A stretch of DNA of 64,000 bases from Octopus sinensis. Lineage: Eukaryota. Below, piece after piece: positions 1-10,386 of the stretch. The notes beneath the pieces are model-generated. The model saw nothing but the letters and a program-made list of their open reading frames with translations, ran no database searches and was not told the DNA's origin. The stretch spans positions 163,432,001-163,496,000 of the forward strand of contig NC_042997.1 in NCBI RefSeq assembly GCF_006345805.1, read 5' to 3'. The translations under genes and the position numbers were made by a program. Position 1 is the first letter of the stretch. Each line of letters starts with the position of its first letter.

Positions 1-413
1 GGTAAATAACATTCTGTGCATAATGAATATGTCCCTCGTTTAAGAAACAGATTGGGTTTATTTACATTTGCGAAGAAAAAAGATACCCTTCCCCCACCCC
101 TAACTCTAACCCTAAATCTAAAATAGATTGAAATGCAATAGATCGATACTGGGGTTATAATTATGGGTGACAATTTCATATGACACCGCTACGGAAAATG
201 GGATTTTTTTCTAGCGGTGTCAAATGAAAATGTCACCCATAATTATGGCCCTAGTACCGATCTATTGCATTTCAATCTATTTTAGATTTAGGGTTAGTTA
301 GGGTTAGGGTTAGGGGTTGGGGAAGGGTATCTTTTTTTCTTCACAAATGTAAATAAACCCAATCTGTTTCTTAAAGGAGGGACATATTCATTATGCACAG
401 AATGTTATTTACC
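1..413. mobile_element. Long palindromic (fold-back/MITE-like) repeat, left arm truncated by window edge; contains short TTAGGG-like run
   Basis: 1-198 is the near reverse complement of ~205-413 (e.g. GGTAAATAACATTCTGTGCATAATGAATATGTCCC / GGGACATATTCATTATGCACAGAATGTTATTTACC); GGGTTAGGGTTAGGG at 301-315. Confidence 0.8.
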
Positions 414-772
414 TAAATGGAGGTCAGCGATTGGTTAAAATTGCCGAAATGCTCGAAATTAAAGACGAAATATGTTACAACATATAGAATTTTCTCAATA
501 AAGCCAAGAGAAAATGATGTTTTATAAACACATTCTACCAGTATACGAAGTTTAAAACTTTTTAGTTACCTAGAAATTATGTTACAAAGTGCCGTTCAAA
601 AGGAAAAGATCCAAATTTCCTACAAATAACTTTCAGATGGACTAGATTACAGTTATATCGAAATTTAAGTTGGCAAAAAAAACAAAAAAAAAAAACAACC
701 ATTATCGGGAACGTACACAAACAAACATACTGACTCGCATCAAAATTTTTTCGAAATCTCAAGTTTCATTTT

Positions 773-967
<195 letters not shown>

Positions 968-1018
968 TGATATATATCTGTATGTATATTACGCGGCCAC
1001 CAATATTTTAACCGCATT

Positions 1019-1217
1019 AAGGCGGCGAGCTAGCAGAAACGTTAGCATGCCGGGCGAATCTTCTGTCTTTATGTTCTGAGTTCAAATTTCGGCGAGGTCG
1101 ACTTTGCCTGCCATCCTTTCGGGGTCGATAAATTAAGTACCAGTTGCGTACTGGAGTCGATCTAATCGACTGACCTCCTCTACCAAAATTTCGGGCCTTG
1201 TGCCTAGAGTAGAAAAG
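1019..1217 (+). mobile_element. tRNA-derived SINE, family A (tail type ...GGGCCTTGTGCCTAGAGTAGAAAAG)
   Basis: Head AAGGCGGCGAGCTAGCAGAAACGTTAGCA, B-box-like GAGTTCAAATT, conserved body GTCGACTTTGCC..CATCCTTTCGGGGTCGATAAATTAAGTACCAG; many copies in the window. Confidence 0.85.
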
Positions 1218-2023
1218 GATATTTTTCCGCATTAAATTCCCTTATAATTGTAATATAGACCTCTGAAAGGTACTTGTTGAAAATTTCATTATAAAATATC
1301 CTTTTTTTCTGAAAGTTTTGAGGAAACAAAGTCGACTCGTGTGAATTATCCGAAACTCTCCCTACGCCCGCCCTAAAAAAGAAATTTTCACTAATCAGAA
1401 TCTACACCACCTGAAAGGCATCTGTAGAAACTTTTATTAAAAGATATGAGTAAATAAAGTGGGGAAGGGGACACATTTGTGTATGTATACCTTACTTTCA
1501 TCCCTTTCAATTCTCCGTTAGAATATGTACCAGCTGGGATTTAACCACAGGTCAGCTTCACCAAGCAGGCTTAAGATCAAAATTTAACCGTAACTATTCC
1601 GCCAGTCTCATTTTTACCGATTCTGTGTATCCAGAAATACATCATTAAATATGTGATTTGAGGTAAATTTAGCTACCTTCTCTATAGGTCGAACGACTCC
1701 GAAGATGCTCTCTGATTGTACCGACATTACACCGAGATCAAGATTATATCCCTAAAAACCGACTTTGTATATAATCAGAAATAGTCAACAACAAATAGAA
1801 GTGCGCAAAAAGATAAAATTGCGTGGTTGTTCTGTAAAAGCAGTTAAAAACATAAACAAGATACTAAATAAACATAATATACTTTGGCTAGGCTTGCCAA
1901 TCTGACAGTTCACTGTGAAGCTATCTTTATACTTATAAACATTCTACGAAATCCACAAATTAGAAAACTTTAATGTATTGTTAGATAATAGTTTGCGTGA
2001 AACGTTATCAAACGAACTACAAC

Positions 2024-2263
2024 GTGAGAGAGAGAGAGAGAGAGAGAGAGAAGAGAGAGAGAGAAGAGAGAGAGAGACAAAGTGTGTGAGTGTGTGAGAG
2101 AGAGACAGACAGAGACGGAGTGTATGTGTGTATGAAAGAGAGAAAACCGAGTGTGTGTGTGAGAGAGAGAGAGAGAGAGAAAGAAAACAAAGTGTGTGTG
2201 TGTGACAGAGATAGAGACAGAAAACCGAATATGTGAGAGAGAAACCGAGTGGAATAGAGATAG

Positions 2264-2337
<74 letters not shown>
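2024..2337. repeat. Compound (GA)n/(GT)n/(GATA)n microsatellite
   Basis: Direct reading. Confidence 0.95.
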
Positions 2338-2341
<4 letters not shown>

Positions 2342-3159
2342 AGGAAATTATAAGAATTTTCTTATCGGTATAATTTTGCGTCTTACGTTTAGTTTTGTTA
2401 TAACCCACTCATTTGAAATATATCAAGGAAAAAAAAAAAAAACTTTAACATTGGAATGAAGCATGGAGCCAAATAAGCTGATAGAAAAACATTATTTGTG
2501 TATGGAGACAAGATTGTATTTGAGAAACACTAAGTCCACCTTTTTCTATTAATGCTGTAAATAACAAAAACTTTAGATTTGTGGTGTTTCAGAAAATAAC
2601 AGGTGGAGGTCATGCTTTTGTCAATGGATTTATGTATGGTATTGAATGAATGGAGATACTCTAAAGATTGTAAAAATATGAAATGAAAGGAGATGAAAAA
2701 GAGTGTGAACATCACAACAGAAAAGGAAAACGGGTTAGCTAAACGGTACGAGAGGAAATAAAGATAGAAATTAAAGGGAGAAAGAGTTGACACATAAGTT
2801 GTTGTAAAACCACTTTAAAGGACAGTTCATAAAAAAAACATTAAAAATGAAAAGGAGAAAACTAACTGTAGAGAACCAAGAAATATATGAAAAGAAACCC
2901 AGGACGCAATGTAATTAAACACACTGAATGGCCTCTGCACATTAAGAATACTATCCTTAGAATAAACAAAAAGAAAAGAAAAAACGAACGGGTTTATTAT
3001 CAAGCCCAAAGTTGTGTCTAAAACTCATTCTCTACTATTCACATAACCAGGTTTTAGAAAATAATTGGAGTCTATCGAAAACATAAAAAGAATTTCATTT
3101 TATCTACAACTTGTTGTTACCTATGAATTAAAGCATTAATAAAACGTTCTGATAATAAT

Positions 3160-3683
3160 AATTTTTTCTAACTGCGGCACAAGGCCAGCAATTTTAGGAG
3201 GAGGTATCAGTTATATCGACTTCCAGTACTTGACTGGTACTTTATTTTATTGACATTAAATGATGAAAGGCAAAGTTTTCCTTTGAACTAAGAACGTAAA
3301 GAGCCGGAAGAAAAGCCATTGAGCATTTTGTTTCATGCACCAACAATTCTGTCAGCTCGCGCTCTGATAATATGATAATTTATGTATCATTTTAGATTAA
3401 TTAGTGCGTTAACAATGTTTTGTTTCAATATTACACTGCAGAATATATCTATAGATCTTAGCCACCAACACTAATTATTCTAGAAGAACAAGGCCTGAAA
3501 TTTTGAAGGTGGGGTTACTCGGTTACATCATTTCCCCATGCTCAACTGATGCTTATTTTCTCGACTTTGAAAGGAATGAAAGGCAAAGCTGATCTCGACA
3601 TTTGAACTCAGACCGTAAAACTGGAAAAAGTGCTGTTAAGCATTTTAGCCAAGATAGTAAAGATTCCTTTAGCTCACTGCCTT
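3160..3683 (-). mobile_element. Two degenerate family-A SINE copies (~3160-3362 and ~3480-3683)
   Basis: GATGAAAGGCAAAG...TTTGAACTCAGA...AAGCATTTT...AGCTCACTGCCTT blocks. Confidence 0.7.
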
Positions 3684-4296
3684 AACGCTGTATGGAATAA
3701 TAGATGTAAACACCGTCTTTGTATGCAGTATCTCTCATTGTACAGGGGAAAAGGGGTGGGAGGAATCATACTAATTAGTTCCAATCTTGTCTTAGGATTT
3801 CATTAACAACCGAGTGCTCTCTTTATTATTTAAACCTTTACTTATCACAGACTACAAATAAAATATTACTAATTGTATGGATTCCAAATCTTTAAATAAT
3901 TTCCTTTAAAAACAAAAGAAATGTATCAGTGAAAAGGGTTGGTGGGGGGAAAGAGGTCATCAGTTTGATTTAATATCTTGTTTGTTAAATTGATTTTCAA
4001 AAATGCCCCACCCTCCCCCAACATGCACACAAACACATATTACGTAAATCACCACTTAATACGCTTGACAGCATTGAAAAATATTGATCATCATATCTAA
4101 TTATAGTATTTTGTTACTTTCTGAGTGCCAAAATATCTTCTTACTGGAGAAAAAACTTAAGTGATTGGATTTTTAAAATGTATTTTGCACTTTTTATCAA
4201 ACTCTTAAGGTACTTAAGAGATTCATTTGATTTCTCTTACATTTCAGAAATCTTCATAAATGTATTTCACAAACGCTCAAAATGTTCTACTTACAG

Positions 4297-4579
4297 GGTA
4301 CTACTTAGGAAGAGTGGTCCCGGTGCGCGCACTCGCGTACTCAGGCATCCGCGCTAGCTAGTCGTGACTAGTCTATCTTTACTTTGTGTTTTTGTTACAT
4401 TTACTTTGTTTTTTAAAAATTAATTACTTTTTGTTTTTGTGTTTTATTTACTTTGTGTAAAACATGATTTATTTTGTGTTTTATTTACTTTGCTAGGTAG
4501 TCGTAGGATCGACTAGTCACGACTAGCTAGCGCGGATGCACGAGTGCGCGCACCGGGACCACTCTTTTTAAGTAGTACC
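4297..4579. mobile_element. MITE with ~75-bp GC-rich TIRs and 9-bp TSD (Mutator-like)
   Basis: TIR GGTACTACTTA..AAGAGTGGTCCCGGTGCGCGCACTCG..GCATCCGCGCTAGCTAGTCGTGACTAGTC mirrored at the right end; flanks TACTTACAG (4288-4296) and TACTTATAG (4580-4588). Confidence 0.8.
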
Positions 4580-5251
4580 TACTTATAGAATTCATATTAC
4601 GTATTTAACAATATAAGATTAAAGGAAAAAAAGGCGCGATTGTAAACGTCTTGAACTTTTAATCGCTTGTAGAATATAGTAACAAAGAAACAGAAGGTGT
4701 TGGGTATGAAAGCAATAAAAGCCATATGCTATCAGCAGGTAAGATAAGTGGGAATGTTAGTTTGCCGCCAATTTTGGATCTAACGAAATGGAGAGTCGGT
4801 TGTTGCTAACATGTATTAGTTAATTTGACAGCTGCAAGATGTTTCAGTATTTATTCTGTTACAGTTTGCATAGTAAGGAGCTTCTCTTAGCATTTCACTC
4901 AAACGAATATCTCCCACAACTGCGAAGCAATTAAAGTATCTCAAAGCATAACATTTCTTACTGGCGTATACCTTGCAAGTTCAAATAGAAAATCTCCCTC
5001 CAATCAAACTCTACAGATTTGATAATGTAGTCACTACTTCGTACCCCTACAAAAAGTCAGAATTGTCATGGCTGGAATGTATTTGATCTTAGACCTGCTC
5101 GATCAATGCTAAACAATAACAACTCAAAGCAAATGAAGGAATATCTACGTGGTCGTTTTACTTTTTAACTTCCAAGTCAAACCTGATCAACCAAGCATTC
5201 GACCAAAGGCGTTCAAACCACGGCCACCTCATTTTCCATATATCCTCTGTG

Positions 5252-5623
5252 TGAAAAGTTTGGCTGCATACACGTTAGCATATGTCAGGTGCATACAATT
5301 GACAACACAGTTAATTAAGATTTATTCAGTGAGTTCTATTCAACACATGTTTACACGTGGAATCCATTAGATGAAGGCATTTTCAAAGTTTTGGCCGATA
5401 AAGTTGAACTGAAAAATCCTACAACGAGGCATGAATTGCACGAAGCCGTCTTGCAGTCTTGGGAAGAGCTATCTGAGCGGAAAATTCGTGGATGTATTCA
5501 ACATCAAACTCGTGTTCGGCGTCAAATAGTTGACTGTCGTGGTGGTAACAGATTCGTGTAATAAATTTTGTGTTTATTTTGTTTCATAATATATATTTTT
5601 TCGGATGCAGCCAGACTTTTCCA
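5252..5623 (+). mobile_element. Internally deleted Tc1/mariner-superfamily element retaining the transposase C-terminus
   Basis: 5358-5561 translates WNPLDEGIFKVLADKVELKNPTTRHELHEAVLQSWEELSERKIRGCIQHQTRVRRQIVDCRGGNRFV*, matching the (SPDL)NPLD...EL...W...R...GG pattern; inverted ends GAAAAGTTTGGCTGCATAC / GGATGCAGCCAGACTTTTC. Confidence 0.75.
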
Positions 5624-6810
5624 ATGTGTCTTTCACTGCGTTTTTAGAAGATCGAACAGCCACATAGAGAATCTTTCGTTAGCTAACCTAAGGCAGTACC
5701 CGCCCTGACTAGCCCTTCTTTTGGTATACCTAGGATAGCATATGTGTCTTTTTTTTTTTTAGATGGTATAGTGAGAACTGAAATAAATTTGGTCACTGTC
5801 TAGCAAATGTTTTGTTGGATGCACCTTTGTTTATCTGGTGAAAGTTGAACGATAAAATATGAAATCTTTCTTTGCAAAATAAAAAAGAAATATTTTTTTT
5901 TTGCTTATAGTTTTCATTATTGCTACTTGGGTCTACTAACTCACTAAACAAATACATGTATCTCTTTACATCAGCTGAACTAATGACACATGAATATCAA
6001 GGGAGCTCTATATCGTAGGGGTGGGTGGAGTCTTTAATTTTTTTTTTACAATTCTAGAGCTCCAAAGATTTGCTTGATATATTGCTAAAAACAGCAGCTA
6101 AATCACTCTTATTACACTATCATCTTACAAACTGACACGTTGAAAAATGTAATCCAGGGCACACTAAACCTGCAACCCCCCCCCAAAAAAAACGAACAAA
6201 AACAAAAAATGCGAAGGTATGGTTAGAGCTGGAATGCTTTTCACCATAGCAACCTAAGCCATTTTAAGATAGGTACAATGGGTGCTGTTGCATCATGATC
6301 CAGGATCTCAATGAATATAATTTCATCATACTCTTGGCACAAACCCAAACTAATATCACCAAGCTAAATCTATGCAGTCTTAACTTTGAACTCTTAGTTA
6401 CTTTCAAGTCTTGAGATATTTGCAATTGTTTCTGTATTGATTATATCCATGCAATTTTAGCTGTTTACAGCAAGAGGCCAGCTATTGAAACTTATATTGT
6501 TCTACCGTTTTGATTAATTCAATTGAGTAACTATAGTGTTCATCAACAGAATCTAACGCTTTCAATATCTCAATTGTATCTGCAACTTTTGTCTTTTATT
6601 CATTAACTGATCAGCTAATTAATTACATAGATTAGCACTCCACTACTGTGTCAGTCTGTTGTGGTGATAATGAAGTCTTTGAATTTTTTCTGGTTAGTTG
6701 TTACAATCACGTTTGTGTGTTGTTATGGTGTCCAAAGAATTAGCATCCCAGTATTTCAAACTACAAGAGCTTGTCTGAAAGGAGATTTGGTTGTGGTATT
6801 TGTAGAGAGC

Positions 6811-7620
6811 AAGGTAGTGAGCTAGCAGAATCGTTAGCACACTGGGCAAAATGTTTGGTGGCATTTCGTCCATCTTTAGCTTCTGAGTTCAAATTGAACT
6901 CAGAACATAGCGATGGGCGAGATATCATTAAGCATTTCTTCCAGCTTGCTAACGATTCTACCTGATTGCCACCTTAATATTAATAATGGTTTCAAATTTT
7001 GCCACAAGGGTAGCTATTTTGGAGGAGGGGATGAATCGATTACATTGACCCCAGTGTTTCACTGGTACTTAATTTATCAACCCCGAAAGGATGAAAGGCA
7101 AAGTCGCCCATGACAGAATTTGAACTCAGAACGGAGCGACAGGCAAAATACCACCAAGAGTTTCGTCCAGTGTGCTAACGATTCTTATTTCTTTATTGCC
7201 CACAAGGGGCTAAACATAGAGGGGACGAACAAGGACAGACAAAGGGAATAAGTCGATTACATCGACCTCAGTGCGTAACTGGTACTTAATTTATCGACCT
7301 TGAAAGGATGAAAGGCAAAGTTGACGTTGGCGGAATTTGAACTCAGAACATAACGGCAGACGAAATACCACTCAGCATTTCGCCTGCCGTGCTAGCGATT
7401 CTGCCAGCTTGTCGCCTTTGATAATAATAGTAATTATAATAATTGTAATAATAATAATTATTATTTCAATGTTCAACTGATACTTGTTCTATTGACTCCG
7501 AAAAGATGAAAGGTAAAGTTGACTTTGACAGAATTCAAACTCAGAAGATAAAGGTGGGTGAAATGTTGTTAAGCATTTTGCTCAGCATGCTAATGCTTCT
7601 GTCAGCTCACTGCTTTAAAT
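6811..7620. mobile_element. Cluster of family-A SINEs: fold-back dimer 6811-6975, then minus-strand copies ~6985-7185, 7186-7418, ~7470-7616
   Basis: Repeated family-A head/body blocks. Confidence 0.8.
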
Positions 7621-7633
7621 AACAACAGTAATG

Positions 7634-7666
<33 letters not shown>

Positions 7667-7674
<8 letters not shown>

Positions 7675-8065
7675 TATTGAGTCAAGTACATTAACATCAA
7701 CATCAAAATAAATATCAAATGGAAATTGTAGTTGTGATACCTGTGCCGGTGGCACGTAAAAAGCACCAACTGATCGTGGCTACTGCCAGCTTCCCCTGGT
7801 AGCTGTGCCGCTGGCACGTAAAAAGCAGCCACTACACTCATGGAGTGGTTGGTGTTAGGAAGGGCATCCAGCTGTAGAAACACTGCCAGATCAGACTGGA
7901 GCCTGGTGCAGCCTCCTGGCTTCCCAGACCCCGGTCGAACTGTCCAACCCGTACTAGCACAGAAAACGGATGTTAATGATGATGATGATGTGTGTGTGTG
8001 TGTTCAAATTTCACTGAGGTCGACTTTGCATTCATCCTTTCTGAGTATATATATATATATAATAT

Positions 8066-8113
<48 letters not shown>

Positions 8114-8485
8114 TATTGAGTCAAGTACATTAACATCAACATCAAAATAAATATCAAATGGAAATTGTAGTTGTGATACCTGTGCCGGTGGCACGTAAAA
8201 AGCACCAACTGATCGTGGCTACTGCCAGCTTCCCCTGGTAGCTGTGCCGCTGGCACGTAAAAAGCAGCCACTACACTCATGGAGTGGTTGGTGTTAGGAA
8301 GGGCATCCAGCTGTAGAAACACTGCCAGATCAGACTGGAGCCTGGTGCAGCCTCCTGGCTTCCCAGACCCCGGTCGAACTGTCCAACCCGTACTAGCACA
8401 GAAAACGGATGTTAAATGATGATGATGATGTGTGTGTGTGTGTTCAAATTTCACTGAGGTCGACTTTGCATTTCATCCTTTCTGA

Positions 8486-8487
<2 letters not shown>
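7667..8487 (+). repeat. Tandem duplication (~439-bp period) of an RTE-tail element plus SINE fragment, separated by (TA)n
   Basis: 7667-8046 and 8106-8487 appear identical except for two homopolymer-length differences. Confidence 0.9.
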
Positions 8488-8550
<63 letters not shown>

Positions 8551-8736
8551 CATATACACATACATGACAGGCTTCCACACAGTTTCTGTTGACCAAATTC
8601 CGCTCACAAGGTATTAGTCAACCGGGCGGCTGTGTAGGGGGATTGAACCTAAAACCATGTTGTAAAGAACCTCAACCACATTGCTATACTTTACCTCTAG
8701 ATTTGAGCCAACTGTTTTCACGCGTTTCTTTTACAG

Positions 8737-8836
8737 ATTTGTAATGGCTGACAACATGAAAATATGTACAGGTAGGAGTTGTATGCAACATTTCTGCAGC
8801 TGAAGCTGACATTTGCAATGCAAGATTATTTTCACT
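8737..8836 (+). other. Candidate non-coding or 5'UTR exon
   Basis: Acceptor GTTTCTTTTACAG and donor GTGAGTA in non-repetitive DNA; all three frames contain stops. Confidence 0.25.
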
Positions 8837-9032
8837 GTGAGTAAAGCATTATTGTCGGTAAACCAGAAACTGGGTGGTATCGACTTACTTGTATACACAC
8901 CTGAAATCTGTTATGTTCTTATTGCTGGTGGTGTGATGTCGGTCTTGTTGATACTACTTATAATAGTGATGTAGTATGCTTGTTTTATTGTTTGGTGAAG
9001 AAATAATATATCAGAAATAGATTTGAAGTTAC

Positions 9033-9087
9033 CTTGTTTTCTAAATGCTCATTCCTATTGGAGTTGTATTTCAATAAACCTGACAGA
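9033..9087 (-). other. Candidate small exon (open frame LSGLLKYNSNRNEHLENK)
   Basis: Long polypyrimidine acceptor CCTTTTTCTTTCTCTCTCACTTTCTCAG and donor AAG|GTAACT on the minus strand. Confidence 0.2.
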
Positions 9088-9389
9088 CTGAGAAAGTGAG
9101 AGAGAAAGAAAAAGGAAAGAAATAAAACCAGCATTTTCTATACAGTGTGTGCTTTTTATGTCTCAGTTAAAGATATAAAATGTTTGCCACATTTTTTTTG
9201 AGCTGAAAGAACTTGACAATTTTTTTTCTCTCTTTATGAATGACATGACAAACTCTTTGTATATAGCATATCAATAGGTTTAGAGTTAAACAAACTAGTG
9301 CAGGCATGGGAGCCCATTATATATGTATATAGGGAGATGTACTTGCATAGCAAGTGACCTGATCTGAGATCGTGTGCTGGAACGAAAAC

Positions 9390-9670
9390 AATTGCAGTGT
9401 GGAAAGTGTTTATAAGCCATTTAAGAAATACACAAAAAACATTAGATTCACTTCAACATTTAAATCTAATTTGCCAAAATATTTTCGTCACTTTGAGACC
9501 GTGATCTGTTCACTGACAAAATTTCGTGCAGCATGAAATTTTGTCAGTGAACAGGTTGCGGTCTCAAAGTGACGAAAATATTTTAGCAAATTAAATTTAA
9601 ATGTTGAAGTGAATCTAATGGTTTTTGTGTGTTTCTTAAATGGCTTATAAACACCTTCCGTGCTGCAATT
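9390..9670. mobile_element. Palindromic Penelope-like pLTR relic with a variant hammerhead motif in each arm
   Basis: Near-perfect ~138-bp arms around TGCAGCA (~9530); flanked by TA-rich tracts; TTGTCA-GTGAACA-G-stem-GAAA-ATATTT-T(G/A)GCAA in both arms. Confidence 0.7.
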
Positions 9671-9894
9671 ATATATATATGTATATTAGAGAGTAAAAGT
9701 AGGAAAAGTTATATCTTAAAAATCACAGTAGAGATAAGTCCATAATATACACAGTATTCTATAATAAATAAATAGATGAAGTACAACTATGATCATTAAA
9801 AATTTTTTTTAAGTTTTGAAAGTACTTACGATCGTTTCATGAATATACTACATCTCAAAATGAAATCTAAAGTTGATAACCATTATTGGAAAGT

Positions 9895-10386
9895 GGCCGC
9901 ATCAGGCCCAGTCTGATCTGGCAGTGTTTCTACGGCTGGATGCCCTTCCTAACGCCAACCACTCTGTGAGTGTAGTGGGTGCTTTTTACGTGCCACCCGC
10001 ACAGGTGCCAGACGGAGCTGGCAAACGGCCACGAACGGATGGTGCTTTTATGTGCCAGGCGAGGCTGGCAACGGACGTAAAAGCACCATCCGATCGTGTC
10101 CGTTGCCAGCCTCGCCTGGCCCCCGTGCTGGTGGCATGTAAAAGCACCGTCCGTTCGTGGCCGTTTGCCAGCTCCGTCTGGCACCTGTGCGGGTGACACG
10201 TAAAAAGCACCCACTACACTCACAGAGTGGTTGGCGTTAGGAAGGGCATCCAGCCGTAGAAACACTGCCAGATCAGACTGGGCCTGATGCGGCCTTCCAG
10301 CTTCACAGACCCCAGTTGAATCGTCCAACACATGCTAGCATGGAAAGCGGACGCTAAATGATGATGATGATGATGATGATGATGAT
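9895..10386 (+). mobile_element. RTE-derived 3' fragment with fold-back duplication, (GAT)n tail
   Basis: Same 3' end as the RTE at 45944-47312; 9895-10077 is an inverted copy of ~10098-10294. Confidence 0.85.

Noticed and set aside
289-315. True telomere
   Set aside because: Only a few TTAGGG units, internal to a palindromic repeat
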